Assembly (NCBI GenBank): GCA_030390025.1
Contig: JASTWF010000335.1
Location: forward strand, 372,001 to 436,000
Origin: Squalus acanthias
Lineage: Eukaryota
DNA: 64,000 nt
Direction of reading: 5' to 3'
Positions 24,101 to 34,289 of this stretch are shown here, one piece after another. The notes beneath the pieces are model-generated. The model did no database searches, had not been told where the DNA came from, and worked only from the letters and a program-made list of their open reading frames with translations. Position numbers and translations under genes: made by a program. The first letter of the stretch is position 1; every line of letters starts with the position of its first letter.

Positions 24101-27100
24101 AAAATTGCATCAATCTCCCACATCCAATTGCAGGCGGGTGGATAACACGACCCCAACCCGCCCCAGTATCAAAATCCAGCCCATCGTCTCACTCTCAGCT
24201 TTGGTCCGCCTGGTTTGCACTGCGGCGAGCAGTAGATCTCAACAATTCCGAACTTCCCTTCGGATCCAAGGACAGGGGTTAATGGAAATGGAGCACGATA
24301 TTGCGCCAGGCGATCACTTGGAGGCAGGAGGGACAGTGTGAGTGCCCACCACAGGACAAGGAAGCCCTTGGTGGTATTTCAACGTTGAACTGAAAAAAGG
24401 CAACACGGACAAAAGGATCAGAGACGCACCTAACAAATGGGGAAAGTAGTTGTCAAGCCCCAAGGTGGGTGGATTAGGTAAAAATTGTCACGCAGAGAGC
24501 CGGAGAGAGATCAAAATCAGGAGTATTTATAAATTACGTGACAAACAGTTTGAGCACGTGGATGGAAGAAGAATCTTACATTAGACTGCTGCGGATTTTG
24601 TTGGGGTGTACTTGGTGCCAACCTGGTGAAACGGGCAGGTGGCATCGCTGCCGGTTCTGGTGGTGGTGCTTGCATCGCAAAGGCATTGGCACGCACTGGC
24701 TGTTCCTGGGCAGCTGGCTAGAAGAGGGAATGCACACCGTCACATTTTTTTTTAATACACTGTCGCTGAACGAAACAAAACTCCAAAACATCCAAAACTC
24801 TGCTGGCCCCGTATCCTAACTAGCACCAAGTCCCGTTCACCCATCACCACCTGCCCTACCTCCCCCACCCCCGTGCTCGCTGGCCTACATTGGCTCCCGG
24901 TCCGGCAAAGCCTCGATTTTAAAATTCTCATCCTCGTGTTCAAAGCCCTCCATGGCCTCACACCATCCTGCCCCCCACCACCCCCACCTCGCTCCCTACC
25001 TTGCATTTATACAGCGCCTTTATAGTAAAATGTCCCAAGATGCTTCACAGGAGCGGTTAACAAACAAGATTTGACACCGAGTCACATAAGGAGCTATTTG
25101 GACAGATGACCAAAAGCTTTATCAAAGAGGTAGGTTTTAAGGAGTTCCAACGCACTCCTGGCTGGCCTCTCGCATTCAACCCTACGTCAACTTGAGGTCA
25201 TCCAAAACTCGGCTGCCCGTGTCCTAACTCGCACCAAGTCCCGTTCGCCCATCACCCCCTGTGCTCGCTGACCTACATTGGCTCCCGGTTAAGCAGCGAC
25301 TCGATTTCAAAATTCTCATCCTTGTTTTCAAATCCCTCCATGGCCTTGCCCCTCCCCATCTCTGTAACCTCCTCCAGTCCCTACAAACCTCCCTATCTCT
25401 GTAACCTCCTCCAACCCTACAACCCTCCCTATCTCTGTAACCTCCTCCAACCCTACCTATCTCTGTAACCTCCTCCAGCCCCTACAACCCTCCCTATCTC
25501 TGTAACCTCTTCCAACCCTATAACCCTCCCTATCTCTGTAACCTCCTCCAGCCCCTACAACCCTCCCTATCTCTGTAACCTCCTCCAACCCTACAACCCT
25601 CCCTATCTCTGTAACCTCCTCCAGCCCCTACAACCCTCCCTATCTCTGTAACCTCCTCCAGCCCCTACAACCCTCCCTATCTCTGTAACCTCCTCCAGCC
25701 CCTGCAACCCTCCCTATCTCTGTAACCTCCTCCAACCCTACAATCCTCCCTATCTCTGTAACCTCCTCCAGCCCCTACAACCCTCCCTATCTCTGCAACC
25801 TCCTCCAACCCTACAACCCTCCCTATCTCTGTAACCTCCTCCAACCCTCCCTATCTCTGTAACCTCCTCCAGCCCCTACAACCCTCCCTATCTCTGTAAC
25901 CTCCTCCAGCCCCTACAACCCTCCCTATCTCTGTAACCTCCTCCAGCCCCTACAACCCTCCCTATCTCTGTAACCTCCTCCAGCCCCACAACCCCCCGAG
26001 ATATCTGCACTCCTCGAATTCTGCCCTCTTTAGCATCCCTGATTATAATCGCTCAACCATTGGTGGCCGTGCCTTCTGTTGCCTGGGCCCTAAGCTCTGG
26101 AATTCCCTCCCTAAACCTCTCTGCTTCTCTACTTCTCTTTCCTCCTTTAACATGATCCTTAAAACCTACCTCTTTGACCAAGCTTTTGGTCACCTGCTCT
26201 AATTTCTCCCTATGTGGCTCGGTGTCAAATTTTTTGTCTTATAATACTCCTGTGAAGCGCCTTGGGATGTTTTACTACATTAAAGGCGTTATATAAATAC
26301 AAGTTGTTGTTGAGTGTCTTAAAGGAGGAAAGAGGTAGAGAGGTTTAGGGAGGGAATTCCAGAGCTTAGGGCCTAGGCAGCTGAAGCCACGGCCACCAAT
26401 GGTGGAGCGATTAAAATCGGGGGTGCGCAAGAGGACAGAATTGGAGGAGCGCAGAGATTTTGGAGGGTGGTAGGACTGGAGGAGGTTACAGTGATAGGGA
26501 GGGGGGAGGCCATGGAAAGATTTGAACACAAGGATGAGAACTTTAAAAGCGAGGTGTTAAAGTTAATGATCCTATGGCACTATTCCAAGAAGGAGGAGGA
26601 AACATAGAAACATAGAAGATAGGAGCAGGAGTAGGCCATTCGGCCCCTCGAGCCTGCTCCGCCATTCGATGAGATCATGGCTGATCATCCAAACTCAGTA
26701 CCCTGTCCCTGCCTTCTCCCCATATCCCTTGATACCTTTAGCTTTAAGAAATATATCAAACTCCTTCTTGAATATATTTAATGACTTGGCCTCAACTACC
26801 TTCTGTGGTAGAGAATTCCACAGGTTCACCACTCTCTGGGTGAAGAAATCTTCCTCATTTCTGTCCTAAATGGCTTACCCCTTATCCTTAGATTATGACC
26901 CCTGGTTCTGGACTCTCCGACCATCGGGAACATCCTTCCTGCATGTAGTTTGTCCAGACCTGTCAGAATTTTATATGTTTCGATGAGATCCCCTCTCATT
27001 CTTCTATACTCCAGCGAGTATAAGCCCAATCGACCCAATCTCTCCTCATATGTCATTCCTGCCATCCCAGGTATCAGCCTTGTGAATCTTCGCTGAACTC

Positions 27101-29447
27101 CTTCTTTTCCATCGCAGGCTCGAGGGGCTGAATGGCCTACTCCTGTTCCTATGTTCATCCATCTTAGTTCAGCTGCGATTTTTGTTGCAGGAATTGAGTG
27201 GGACTGGACTCATTATTCCAACAATAACGTGCATTTATAGAGCAGCTTTAACATCAAAATAAACCCGCAAAGGCTTCTCGTCACACAGGCGTAAAGAAAA
27301 AAATGGATGCCGAGCCGAAGAAGGATGGGTGGAAATGGTGGGTTTTAAGGAAGATCTTAAAGGAGGAGAGGGAGGTGGAGAGGCAGAGAGGTTTAAGGAG
27401 GACAGCAGGGGGCCTAGACGGCCGAATGCAGGAGATGAACAAGAGGCCAGAGGCGGAGGAGCAGAGAGTTCTGCGGGAGGTGGGGGGGGGGGGGGGGGCG
27501 GTGGGTGGTTGTAGGGCTAGAGGAGATTGAGGATATTGTGGAGATGGGGAGCCAATGAAGGTCAGTGACACAGGGGCAGTGGGGGAGCGGCACTAAAACT
27601 GACTAGATATTTTAGTAGCTTCTCCCACCATGCAAACAACCTCGGTCTGTATATCGCCATTTGTGTTTATACGGGTTGAAGTTGCTTGTTTGGTGGGAAT
27701 ATCTATTAAAGCGGCAGAGTTATTATCTAAATGGAAAAAAACTGCAAAGTGCTACAGTACAAAGGGATCTGGGGGTCCTGGTGCATGAAACACAGAAGGT
27801 TAGTATGCAGGTACAGCAGGTGATCAGGAAGGCCAATGGAATCTTGGCTTTTATTGCAAGGGGGATGGAGTATAAACGCAGGGAAGTCTTGCTCCAGCTA
27901 TACAGGGCACTGGTGAGGCCACACCTGGAGTACTGCGTACAGTTTTGGTTTCCATATTTAAGAAAAGATATACTTGCTCTCGAGGCAGTTCAGAGAAGGT
28001 TCACTCGGTTGATTCCGGAGATGAGGGGGTTGACTTATGAGGAAAGGTTGAGTAGGTTGGGCCTCTACTCATTGGAATTCAGAAGAATGAGAGGCGATCT
28101 TATCAAAACATATAAGATTGTGAGGGGGCTTGATCGGGTGGAGCCGGGGAGGATGTTTCCACTGATGGGTGAGACTAGAACTAGGGGGCATAATCTTAGA
28201 ATAAGGGGCTGCCGTTTCAAAACTGAGATGAGGAGAAACTTCTTCACTCAGAGGGTAGTAAATCGATGGAATTTGCTACCTCAGAGAGCTGTGGAAGCTG
28301 CGACATTAAATACATTTAAAACGGAGATAGACAGTTTCCGAGCTGATAAGGGAATTAAGGGTTATGGGGAGCGGGCAGGGAAGTGGACGTGAGTCTCGGT
28401 TCTGATCAGCCATGATCCTATTGAATGGCGGAGCAGGCCCGAGGGGCCGTATGGCCCACTCCTGCTCCTACTCCTTATGTTCTTATGTTCTAAGTAGGGG
28501 ACACATCTTCTTCTTCAAAACTTGGACGTAAAGCATCGCCTAGCTGGAGCTCATACGGGAAACCCTCTTTCAATTTCATGGATCAAAAATCTGGCAAGCT
28601 GTTTTATCTGATACTCCCCACCCATATTCCCACCTGGAAAATCTGCCTGTAAGTCCACATACAACAACAACAACAGCTTGCGTCGATACAGCGCCTTTAA
28701 CATTGTAAAAGCGACTAAAATAGGGGATGCGCAAGAATTGGAGGAGCGCAGAGATCGCGGAGGGTTGTCGGGCTGGAGGATGTGGAGATGCCGGTGTTGG
28801 ACTGGGGTGGACAAACGTGAGAAGTCGCACAACACCAGGTTATAGTCCAACTGCTTTCTTTGAAATCACAAGCTTTCGGAGCGCTGCTCTTTCGTCAGGT
28901 GAAGTGAAGAGATGCATATAGGCATGGCATATATAGTCAGAGAACACTGCCAGATGATTACAGTTAATCTGGAGGCGGTTACAGACATAAGGAGGGGTGC
29001 GAGACAATCGAGGTATTTCAAAACAAGGATAAGAATTTTAAAATGGAGGTGGTGCCGGATCGGAAGCCAATGTAGGTCAGCGAGCGCAGGTGGGCGAACG
29101 GGACTTGGTGCGAGTTAGGATATGGGGCAGCACATAGTCGTCCTTTACATACACCTAGCGAGAGAGAAGGGGCTGAGTTGGGGGCAGAGGGAGACAAACA
29201 GGAAGGAGAAACAGCAGGCACGTGGCCAGCGGGCGCAAACACAGACCAGTGAGATACAATGACTGCCTGCAAGTTACAGGACCCGCTTGGCGAACAGATT
29301 TTGCGTGCTTACGTTGATCGTTAGGTGTTGCGGCTTGGGTGTATTCGGCGGCGTAGTGACGGCACTGGGGGCTGGCGTTGCCGTGCCGCTTTCTGGGGCT
29401 GGTGTTGGCAGGTCATTGGCCCAGTTGCCTGCAGTCAGGTCGTCCAT
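63..29447 (-). CDS. MS4A: Spliced MS4A-family (CD20-like tetraspan) gene, 8 coding exons, 295 aa: MDDLTAGNW...[23 protein letters not shown]...[20 protein letters not shown]...|[12 protein letters not shown]...|[26 protein letters not shown]...|[12 protein letters not shown]
   Basis: Manually assembled exons of 135+138+165+114+57+114+126+39=888 nt, all phase 0 with AG/GT boundaries and no internal stop. Family motifs occur in order: E(P/L)KALG, QILxG, SGxxFW, YIISGSL (57-nt exon), MNxxSA, LLFTVLE. The subfamily or orthologue cannot be assigned by eye. Confidence 0.9.
265..975 (+). mobile_element. CR1-type LINE 3' fragment with an internal ~99-bp segment in three tandem copies
   Basis: RT C-terminal motifs ([17 protein letters not shown]); segment repeated at ~279, ~378 and ~477. 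Confidence 0.85.
1135..1590 (+). mobile_element. CR1/HER1-like LINE 3' fragment
   Basis: [12 protein letters not shown]...[11 protein letters not shown]; 3' stem-loop and short GTTCTTA tail. Confidence 0.9.
1591..2080 (-). mobile_element. Two Deu-core/L2-tailed SINE fragments (SacSINE/AmnSINE-like)
   Basis: Same block (gacctcaggacgtcccaaagc...gcacagcaagctcc...cacctccgacagtgcagcgc) recurs at 32.8, 54.4 and 58.6 kb; family name is from memory, not a search. Confidence 0.6.
2358..3364. mobile_element. Non-autonomous TIR (Harbinger-like) element interrupted by a CR1 fragment (2441-2946, +)
   Basis: Left end GGGGGCTAAATTCAGTTG resembles the reverse complement of the 32315 end; right end AATTTTTCACCC; GC-rich interior. 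Confidence 0.6.
3484..3683. mobile_element. Penelope-like terminal-repeat fragment with a hammerhead motif (3595-3632, +)
   Basis: Near-identical to the 12640-12835 arm; CTGACGA-A-GGAGC-AGC-GCTCC-GAAA-GCTT. Confidence 0.8.
3688..3813 (-). CDS. MS4A: MS4A coding exon 7, TM4 ([42 protein letters not shown])
   Basis: Acceptor ccttgcttccaacag, donor CTG|gtaagt; hydrophobic helix with the LE motif. Confidence 0.9.
4010..4320 (+). mobile_element. L2-like LINE 3' fragment
   Basis: Similar to 25980-26310; ends in a gttgttgtt tail. Confidence 0.7.
4545..6850. repeat. Minisatellite, ~27-31-bp unit CAGAGTGTCAATATCTGCAGTCCCACCCCCT
   Basis: Direct tandem repetition with a variable C-rich segment. Confidence 0.95.
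6850..8150. repeat. Minisatellite, 43-bp unit GTCAATGATAGGATAATTGTACAGGGTCTGTGGGTTGGGTAGA
   Basis: About 30 highly homogeneous tandem copies. Confidence 0.95.
8456..8569 (-). CDS. MS4A: MS4A coding exon 6, TM3 ([38 protein letters not shown])
   Basis: Acceptor ttgtattgtacttag, donor TCC|gtaagt; MNxxSA motif. Confidence 0.9.
8810..10958 (-). mobile_element. CR1 LINE fragment hosting three nested CR1 insertions (8859-9464 +, 9827-10236 -, 10270-10779 -)
   Basis: Host sequence resumes after each insert, with short duplications gtgc and ctcat; RT C-terminal ORFs. Confidence 0.8.
10959..11352. mobile_element. Palindromic Penelope-like terminal-repeat element with two opposed hammerhead motifs (11048-11085 -, 11266-11303 +)
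   Basis: Left and right halves are reverse complements around ~11175. Confidence 0.8.
11915..12874. mobile_element. Penelope-like element: ~285-bp inverted arms around a GIY-YIG endonuclease C-terminal remnant
   Basis: Arms 11915-12200 and 12590-12874 are reverse complements. ORF 12214-12456 (MNGH...PVGEHF...H...RKIVEQKLI...GLNRDLG) resembles a PLE GIY-YIG tail. Hammerhead motifs at 12004-12041 (-) and 12748-12785 (+). Confidence 0.85.
13231..13287 (-). CDS. MS4A: MS4A coding exon 5, TM2 ([19 protein letters not shown])
   Basis: Acceptor ggtttctcttccag, donor ATT|gtaagt; short 57-nt F/YIISGSL exon typical of MS4A genes. Confidence 0.92.
13542..16019. mobile_element. Non-autonomous Harbinger-like TIR element with nested LINEs
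   Basis: TIRs GGGGTGGAGTTTCCGCT / AGCAGAATCTCTACCCC flanked by a CTG duplication. Confidence 0.7.
13864..15470 (-). mobile_element. 5'-truncated CR1 LINE with an uninterrupted 498-aa RT frame (13948-15444)
   Basis: Motifs [42 protein letters not shown]; 3' tail reads (CATAGAA)n on the plus strand. Confidence 0.95.
16520..17115 (-). mobile_element. CR1 LINE 3' fragment with extended 3' UTR, inserted into another LINE 3' end (~16270-17190)
   Basis: RT C-terminal ORF 16717-17124; tcaag duplicated at the junctions. Confidence 0.85.
17860..18370 (-). mobile_element. CR1 LINE 3' fragment inside a GC-rich putative TIR element (~17378-18480)
   Basis: RT C-terminal ORF 18042-18347; host begins GGGGGTGAAATTGG like the other TIR elements. 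Confidence 0.8.
18847..20096 (-). mobile_element. 5'-truncated CR1 LINE (RT with a stop codon)
   Basis: [27 protein letters not shown]; its 5' truncation lies ~45 nt from the MS4A exon-4 donor. Confidence 0.92.
20141..20254 (-). CDS. MS4A: MS4A coding exon 4, TM1 ([38 protein letters not shown])
   Basis: Acceptor ccttcccttccctccag, donor TGG|gtcagt; QIxxG and SGxxFW motifs. Confidence 0.92.
20425..21510. repeat. 40-bp minisatellite derived from a CR1 RT segment
   Basis: Unit GAGACCAGAACTGTGCACAGTAACTCCAAGTGTGATATG(G); the reverse strand reads [12 protein letters not shown] as in CR1 ORF2. Confidence 0.9.
21094..21402 (+). mobile_element. tRNA-derived HE1/V-SINE-like element inserted in the minisatellite
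   Basis: A box TGGCATAGTGG, B box GGTTCGAATCC, V-core gtggagtttgcacattctccccgtgtctgcgtggg, LINE-like 3' stem-loop. Confidence 0.88.
22048..22212 (-). CDS. MS4A: MS4A coding exon 3 (EPSVSNPD...[12 protein letters not shown])
   Basis: Acceptor ttgttctctccgcag, donor GGA|gtaaac; ends in the MS4A pre-TM1 ExKALG motif. Confidence 0.88.
22300..23195 (-). mobile_element. CR1 fragment with a nested opposite-strand CR1 fragment (22437-22933 +)
   Basis: RT C-terminal ORFs on both strands; tgaa repeated at the junctions. Confidence 0.8.
23456..24182. mobile_element. Non-autonomous Harbinger-like TIR element
   Basis: Perfect 12-bp TIR GGGCTGGATTTT / AAAATCCAGCCC with a 3-bp ATC duplication. Confidence 0.8.
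24580..24717 (-). CDS. MS4A: MS4A coding exon 2 ([46 protein letters not shown])
   Basis: Acceptor cattccctcttctag, donor AAT|gtaaga, 138 nt, phase 0, Pro/Gln-rich. Confidence 0.75.
24780..26560. mobile_element. Cluster of L2-like LINE 3' fragments, including a 36-37-bp internal tandem expansion (25350-25990)
   Basis: L2-type motifs ([30 protein letters not shown]); unit CCCTCCCTATCTCTGTAACCTCCTCCAGCCCCTACAA. Confidence 0.8.
26601..27105 (-). mobile_element. CR1 LINE 3' fragment
   Basis: RT C-terminal ORF 26826-27158; GTTTCTAT tail. Confidence 0.9.
27715..28491 (+). mobile_element. CR1 LINE 3' fragment
   Basis: QRDLGVLV...[11 protein letters not shown]...[15 protein letters not shown] tail. 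Confidence 0.92.
28779..28968. mobile_element. Penelope-like terminal-repeat fragment with hammerhead motif (28866-28903 -) inside an L2 fragment
   Basis: Matches the 11915 arm; one stem-II substitution. Confidence 0.8.
29313..29447 (-). CDS. MS4A: MS4A coding exon 1 ([45 protein letters not shown])
   Basis: Acceptor ccttttctaatttcgcag|C ATG G (exon starts at 29448), donor AAC|gtaagc; Pro/Thr-rich open frame. Confidence 0.75.
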
Positions 29448-29639
29448 GCTGCGAAATTAGAAAAGGAGCAACAGATTTTAACAACATTTTCTGACCCAGA
29501 GTGCTTCGAAATGAAGCTAATCCTCACTGAAGAGAGCTGCAATGTAGACCGCAGAACACAGAACTTAAACTGTCACGCATGCTAACTGTGAGGTGCAAGC
29601 TCAAAACGATATATGCACATCGTAACTCGCAGAACACTC

Positions 29640-31200
29640 AACGACAACGTGCATTTATACCGCACCGTTAATGTAGTAAAAAAACGTCCCAAGGTGCTAC
29701 ACAAGAGCGTAAATCAAACAAAATTTAATACCGAACCACATAAGGGGATATTGGGACAGGTGGCCCAAAAGCTTGGTCACGGAGGAGAGCCTTAAAGGAA
29801 AAGAGGTAGAGACGACGGTTTAGGGAGGGAATTCCTGAGCTTAGGGACCTAGTCAGCTGAAGGCACAGCCACCAATGGTGGAGCGATGGAAATCGGGGGA
29901 CGCATAAGAGATCGGAATTGGAGGAGTGCAGATATCTCGGAGGGTTGTAGGGGCTGGAGAGGTTACTGAGATAGGGAGGGTTGTAGGGGCTGGAGGAGAT
30001 TACAGAGATAGGGAGGGTTGTAGGGGCTGGAGGAGGTTACAGAAATAGGGAGGGTTGTAGGGGCTGGAGGAGGTGACAGAGATAGGGAGGGTTGTAGGGG
30101 CTGGAGGAGGTTACAGAGATAGGGAGGGTTGTAGGGGCTGGAGGAGGTTACAGAGATAGGGAGGGTCATAGGGCTGGAGGAGGTTACAGAGATAGGGAGG
30201 GTTGTAGGGGCTGGAGGAGGTTACAGAGATAGGGAGGGTTGTAGGGCTGGAGGAGGTTACAGAGATAGGGAGGGTTGTAGGGGCTGGAGGAGGTTACAGA
30301 GATAGGGAGGGTCGTAGGGCTGGAGGAGGTTACAGAGATAGGGAGGGTTGTAGGGGCTGGAGGAGGTTACAGAGATAGGGAGGGTTGTAGGGCTGGAGGA
30401 GGTTACAGAGATAGGGAGTGTTGTAGACCTGGAGGAGGTTACAGAGATAGGGAGGGTTGTAGGGGCTGGAGGAGGATACAGAGATAGGGAGGGTTGTAGG
30501 TCTGGAGGAGGTTACAGAGATAGGGAGGGTTGTAGGGCTGGAGGAGGTTACAGAGATAAGGAGGGTTGTAGGGGCTGGAGGAGGATACAGAGATAGGGAG
30601 GGTTGTAGGGGCTGGAGGAGGTTACAGAGATAGGGAGGGGCGAGGTCATGGAGGGAGTTGAATAGAAGAATGCGTTGCCGGACCGGGAGCCAAAATAAGT
30701 CAGCGAGCACATGGCAACACATTCTTCTATTCAACTCCCTCCATGGCCTCGCCCCTCCCTATCTCTGTAACTTCCTCCAGCCCTACAACCCTCCTTTTCT
30801 CTGTAATCTCCTCCAGACCCTACAACCCTCCCTATCTCTGTAACATCCTCTAGCCCCTACAGCCCTCCCTATCTCTGTAACATCCTCCAGCCCTACAACC
30901 CTCCCTATCTCTGTCACCTCCTCCAGCCCTACAACCCTCCCTATCTCTGTAACCTCCTCCAGCTCCTACAACCCTCCCTATCTTTGTAACCCCCACCAGC
31001 CCTACAACCCTCCCTATCTCTGTAACCCATGAACGGGACTTGGTGCGAGTCAGGACACGGGCAGCAGAGTTTTGGATGAGCTGAAGTTTACGGAGGGTGG
31101 AAGATGGGAGGCCAGGCCAGGTGAGCGCTGGAATAGTCAAGTCTAGAGGTAACAAAGGCACACATGAGGGTTTCAGCAGCAGATGAACTGAGGGAGGGGC
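29640..31200 (-). mobile_element. L2-like fragment with a 36-37-bp tandem expansion (29940-30640) and an inverted duplication (30713-31027)
   Basis: Reverse complement of the 25.3-kb unit; fold-back junction at 30657-30735. Confidence 0.8.
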
Positions 31201-31419
31201 AATGTTAGAAAGGTGGATGTGGCCTTGGAAGGAGTGCAGCGTAGATTTACCAGAATGATACCTGGACTCCAAGGGTTAAATTACGAGGAGAGATTACACA
31301 AACTAGCTTTGTATTCCCTGGAATTTAGAAGGTTAAGGGGTGATCGAAATTTTCAAGATATTAAGGGAAACAGAAAGGGTAGATAGTGAGAAACTATTTC
31401 CGCTGGTTACAGAGTCTAG

Positions 31420-32314
31420 GGGGGAAAAATTCAGTATTGCCCCGTTTGGGGCGCAATTATCGGCCGGGCGCAAAGATTAGCGCCTGGCGCTAATTATCGC
31501 CTCCGACTGCAAACTTGCCTTTTATCGCCCCTGGAGGTGATTGGAGCGCTAAATAAGGCTCTACACCTCTGTCTTAAGGCGCAAAGGTCGAGGAGCGAGG
31601 CGCTAACTCAGAGCGCTGGCGAAGCTCATGTGATGTCAGTCAACAATGGAACACAGACACAATGGCCCCGGCCAGTTCTTAAAGGGGAGGGTCGATCTTG
31701 CTTTCCATCCACATCCTGCTCATTGCAGCCTTGAATCTCGGCCTGGAGAGACCTGTACATCAAATCTGCTGGAAAGAACAATGGAGAGGCCCAGGGAAAG
31801 AGCTCAGAGTGCAGCCACCGCAGTCTCTTCTAAATCGATACAAGGAAGGGCAAATCAAAATGAACCTGCAAAGTGCTGCTCAGTACCCAAAACTCCTTCA
31901 CACAGCGTTGAATCTCTCCAGAGGTCTCTCTCTCTCTCTCTCTCAGAATGCGTGGTTTAAAAATGTCGCCAACAAAAAAAGGCAGGAAGCGGTCGCCTTT
32001 AAATAGCGCTCCCCCAGTCCCTTCCTGACTGCAAAACGCTCCCCTCAACCTGTCGTTGCTAGCGGCAGGCGGTAAGGCAGGGGGCGCCACTCAATATCTG
32101 CTCCGGGGCGCTACCGGGGCGTTGCGCACTCGACTGACGTCACGATCTGCCGGCGCAGGAGTTCGTGGCGGTAGTGTTTAGCGCCGCCGCAAAATGTCTA
32201 GTTAATTTCGCGAGCGACGCAAACATCGCCGTGCCTGGGCACTAGTTGCTTTGCGCCCCATTAGCATCCTCTTAAGGCGCTAACGGGAGGCGCAACCAAC
32301 TGAATTTTTCCCCC
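31420..32314. mobile_element. Non-autonomous Harbinger-like TIR element inserted in a CR1 fragment (31210-32598 +)
   Basis: TIR GGGGGAAAAATTCAGT / ACTGAATTTTTCCCCC; the host reads gagtctag...gactagaagacatag across the insertion. Confidence 0.82.
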
Positions 32315-32814
32315 TCGGACTAGAAGACATAGCCCCAAAATTAGAGTCTTTCAGGAGTGAAGTTAGGAAACAGTTCTACACGCAAAGGGTAGTAGAAGCT
32401 TGGAAATCTCTTCCGCAAATGGCAATTGATGCTAGGTCAATTGTTAATTTAAATCTAAGTAGAATAGATTTTTGTTAACCAAAAGTATTTAGAATATGGG
32501 GCAAAGGCGGGTATATGGAGTTAGGTCGCAGATCAGCCATGATCTCACTCAATGGGGGAACAGGCTCGAGGGGCTAAATGGCCTCCTCCTGTTCCTATGA
32601 CGCAACTGTCCTCGACCAATGCCCGCACTTCCAGCAGGTCTCACAGAACGCTGGCTAATTGTACTCCTCTTAACCCGGAGAGGGTGAGGCCTGTTGTAAG
32701 CCCCTAATGCCTCCCCAGCTGGCATTAGAAGATTCAACACAGATCGGACTATTCACTTGATAAAGGTCTCTGAGCTCCGCATTGATTTTCTTATCTGCTG
32801 CATCTACTGTATAA

Positions 32815-34020
32815 AGAAAGAAATCACTACATGTATAGCGCTTTTCACGACCTCAGGATGTCCCAAAGCGCTTTACAACCAATCAAGTACTTGTGAAGTG
32901 CAGTCACTGTTGTAATGTAGGAAACACAGCAGCCACTTTACACACATCAAGCTCCCAGAAACAGCAATGTGATCACGATCAGATCATCTATTTTAATGAT
33001 GTTGGTTGAGGGATAAAAATTGGGCTTCGGGGAGAACTTCCCAATGCATTTCTTCCAATAGTGGGTGTCGGTCAGACTTAATGTCTCATCCGAAATATGG
33101 CACCTCCGACAGTGCAGCTCTCCCTCAGTACTGCCCCCTCCGACAGTGCAGCGGACTCCCTCAGTACTGCCCCTCCGACAGTGCAGCGCTCCTCAGTACA
33201 CACCCTCCGATAGTGCAGCGCTCCCTCAGTACTGACCCTCCGATAGTGCGGCGCTCTCTCAGTACTGCCCCTCCAACAGTGCAGCGCTCCCTCAGTACTG
33301 CCCCCTCCGACAGTGCGGCGCTCCCTCAGTACTGCCCCTCCGAAAGTGCAGCGCTCTCTCAGTACTGCCCCTCCAACAGTGCAGCGCTCTCTCAGTACTG
33401 CCCCTCCAACAGTGCAGCGCTCTCTCAGCACTGCCCCTCTGACAGTGGTGCACTCCCTCAGTACTGCCCCCTCCAACAGTGCAGCTCTCCCTCAGTACTG
33501 CCCCCTCCGACAGTGCAGCGCTCCCTCAGCACTGCCCCTCTGACAGTGCAGCGCTCCCTAAGTACTGCCCCTCTGACAGTGCAGCACTCCCTCAGTTACT
33601 GCCCCTCCGACAGTGCAGCACTCCCTCAGTACTGCCCCTCCGACAGTGCAGCACTCGCTCAGTACTGCCCCTCCGACAGTGCAGCGCTCCCTCAGTACTG
33701 ACCCTCTGACAGTGCAGCAGTCCCTCAGTACTGCCCCTCCGACAGCGCTGCGCTCCCTGAGTACTGCCCCTCCGACAATTCAATGCTCCCTCAGCATTGC
33801 CCCTCTGAGAGCGCAGCGCTCCCTCAGTACTGCCCCTCGGACAGTGCAGCGCTCCCTCAGTACTGCCCCTCCGACAGAGCAGCGCTCCCTCAGTACTGCC
33901 CCTCCGACAGAGCAGCGCTCCCACAGTACTGCCCCTCCGACAGTGCAGCGCTCCCTCAGTACAGCCCCTCCGACAGTGCAGCGCTCCCTCAGCATTGCCC
34001 CTCCGAGAGCGCAGCACGTC
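32815..34020. repeat. SINE fragment running into a 33-bp tandem array CCCCTCCGACAGTGCAGCGCTCCCTCAGTACTG (33100-34020)
   Basis: The SINE body is continuous with the first repeat unit. Confidence 0.9.
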
Positions 34021-34289
34021 TCTGACAGGGGCCTCCTGTCGGAAACGTTGGGACTTTGTCTTCAGGCCACCCTTAAAAGTGACCTGTATTAAGATAGTGC
34101 AGAGAGGACTGTCATACAAATAGGTTAAACATTTGTCATCTCCAATTACTCACTCGGAGTTTGAATCCTCTCTATCAGTGGTATCCTCTCTCAGGTTCAT
34201 CATCCTCTCTCAGGTGTATTCACTCTCCGGGTGGTTGATCTTCTCTTTTCCCAGGTGTTGTACTCTCTTTCTCAGGTATATGATTCTCT

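Noticed and set aside
63..29447. Naming the gene MS4A2/FCER1B or another specific mammalian orthologue
   Set aside because: MS4A families expand in a lineage-specific way, and orthology cannot be established without a phylogeny
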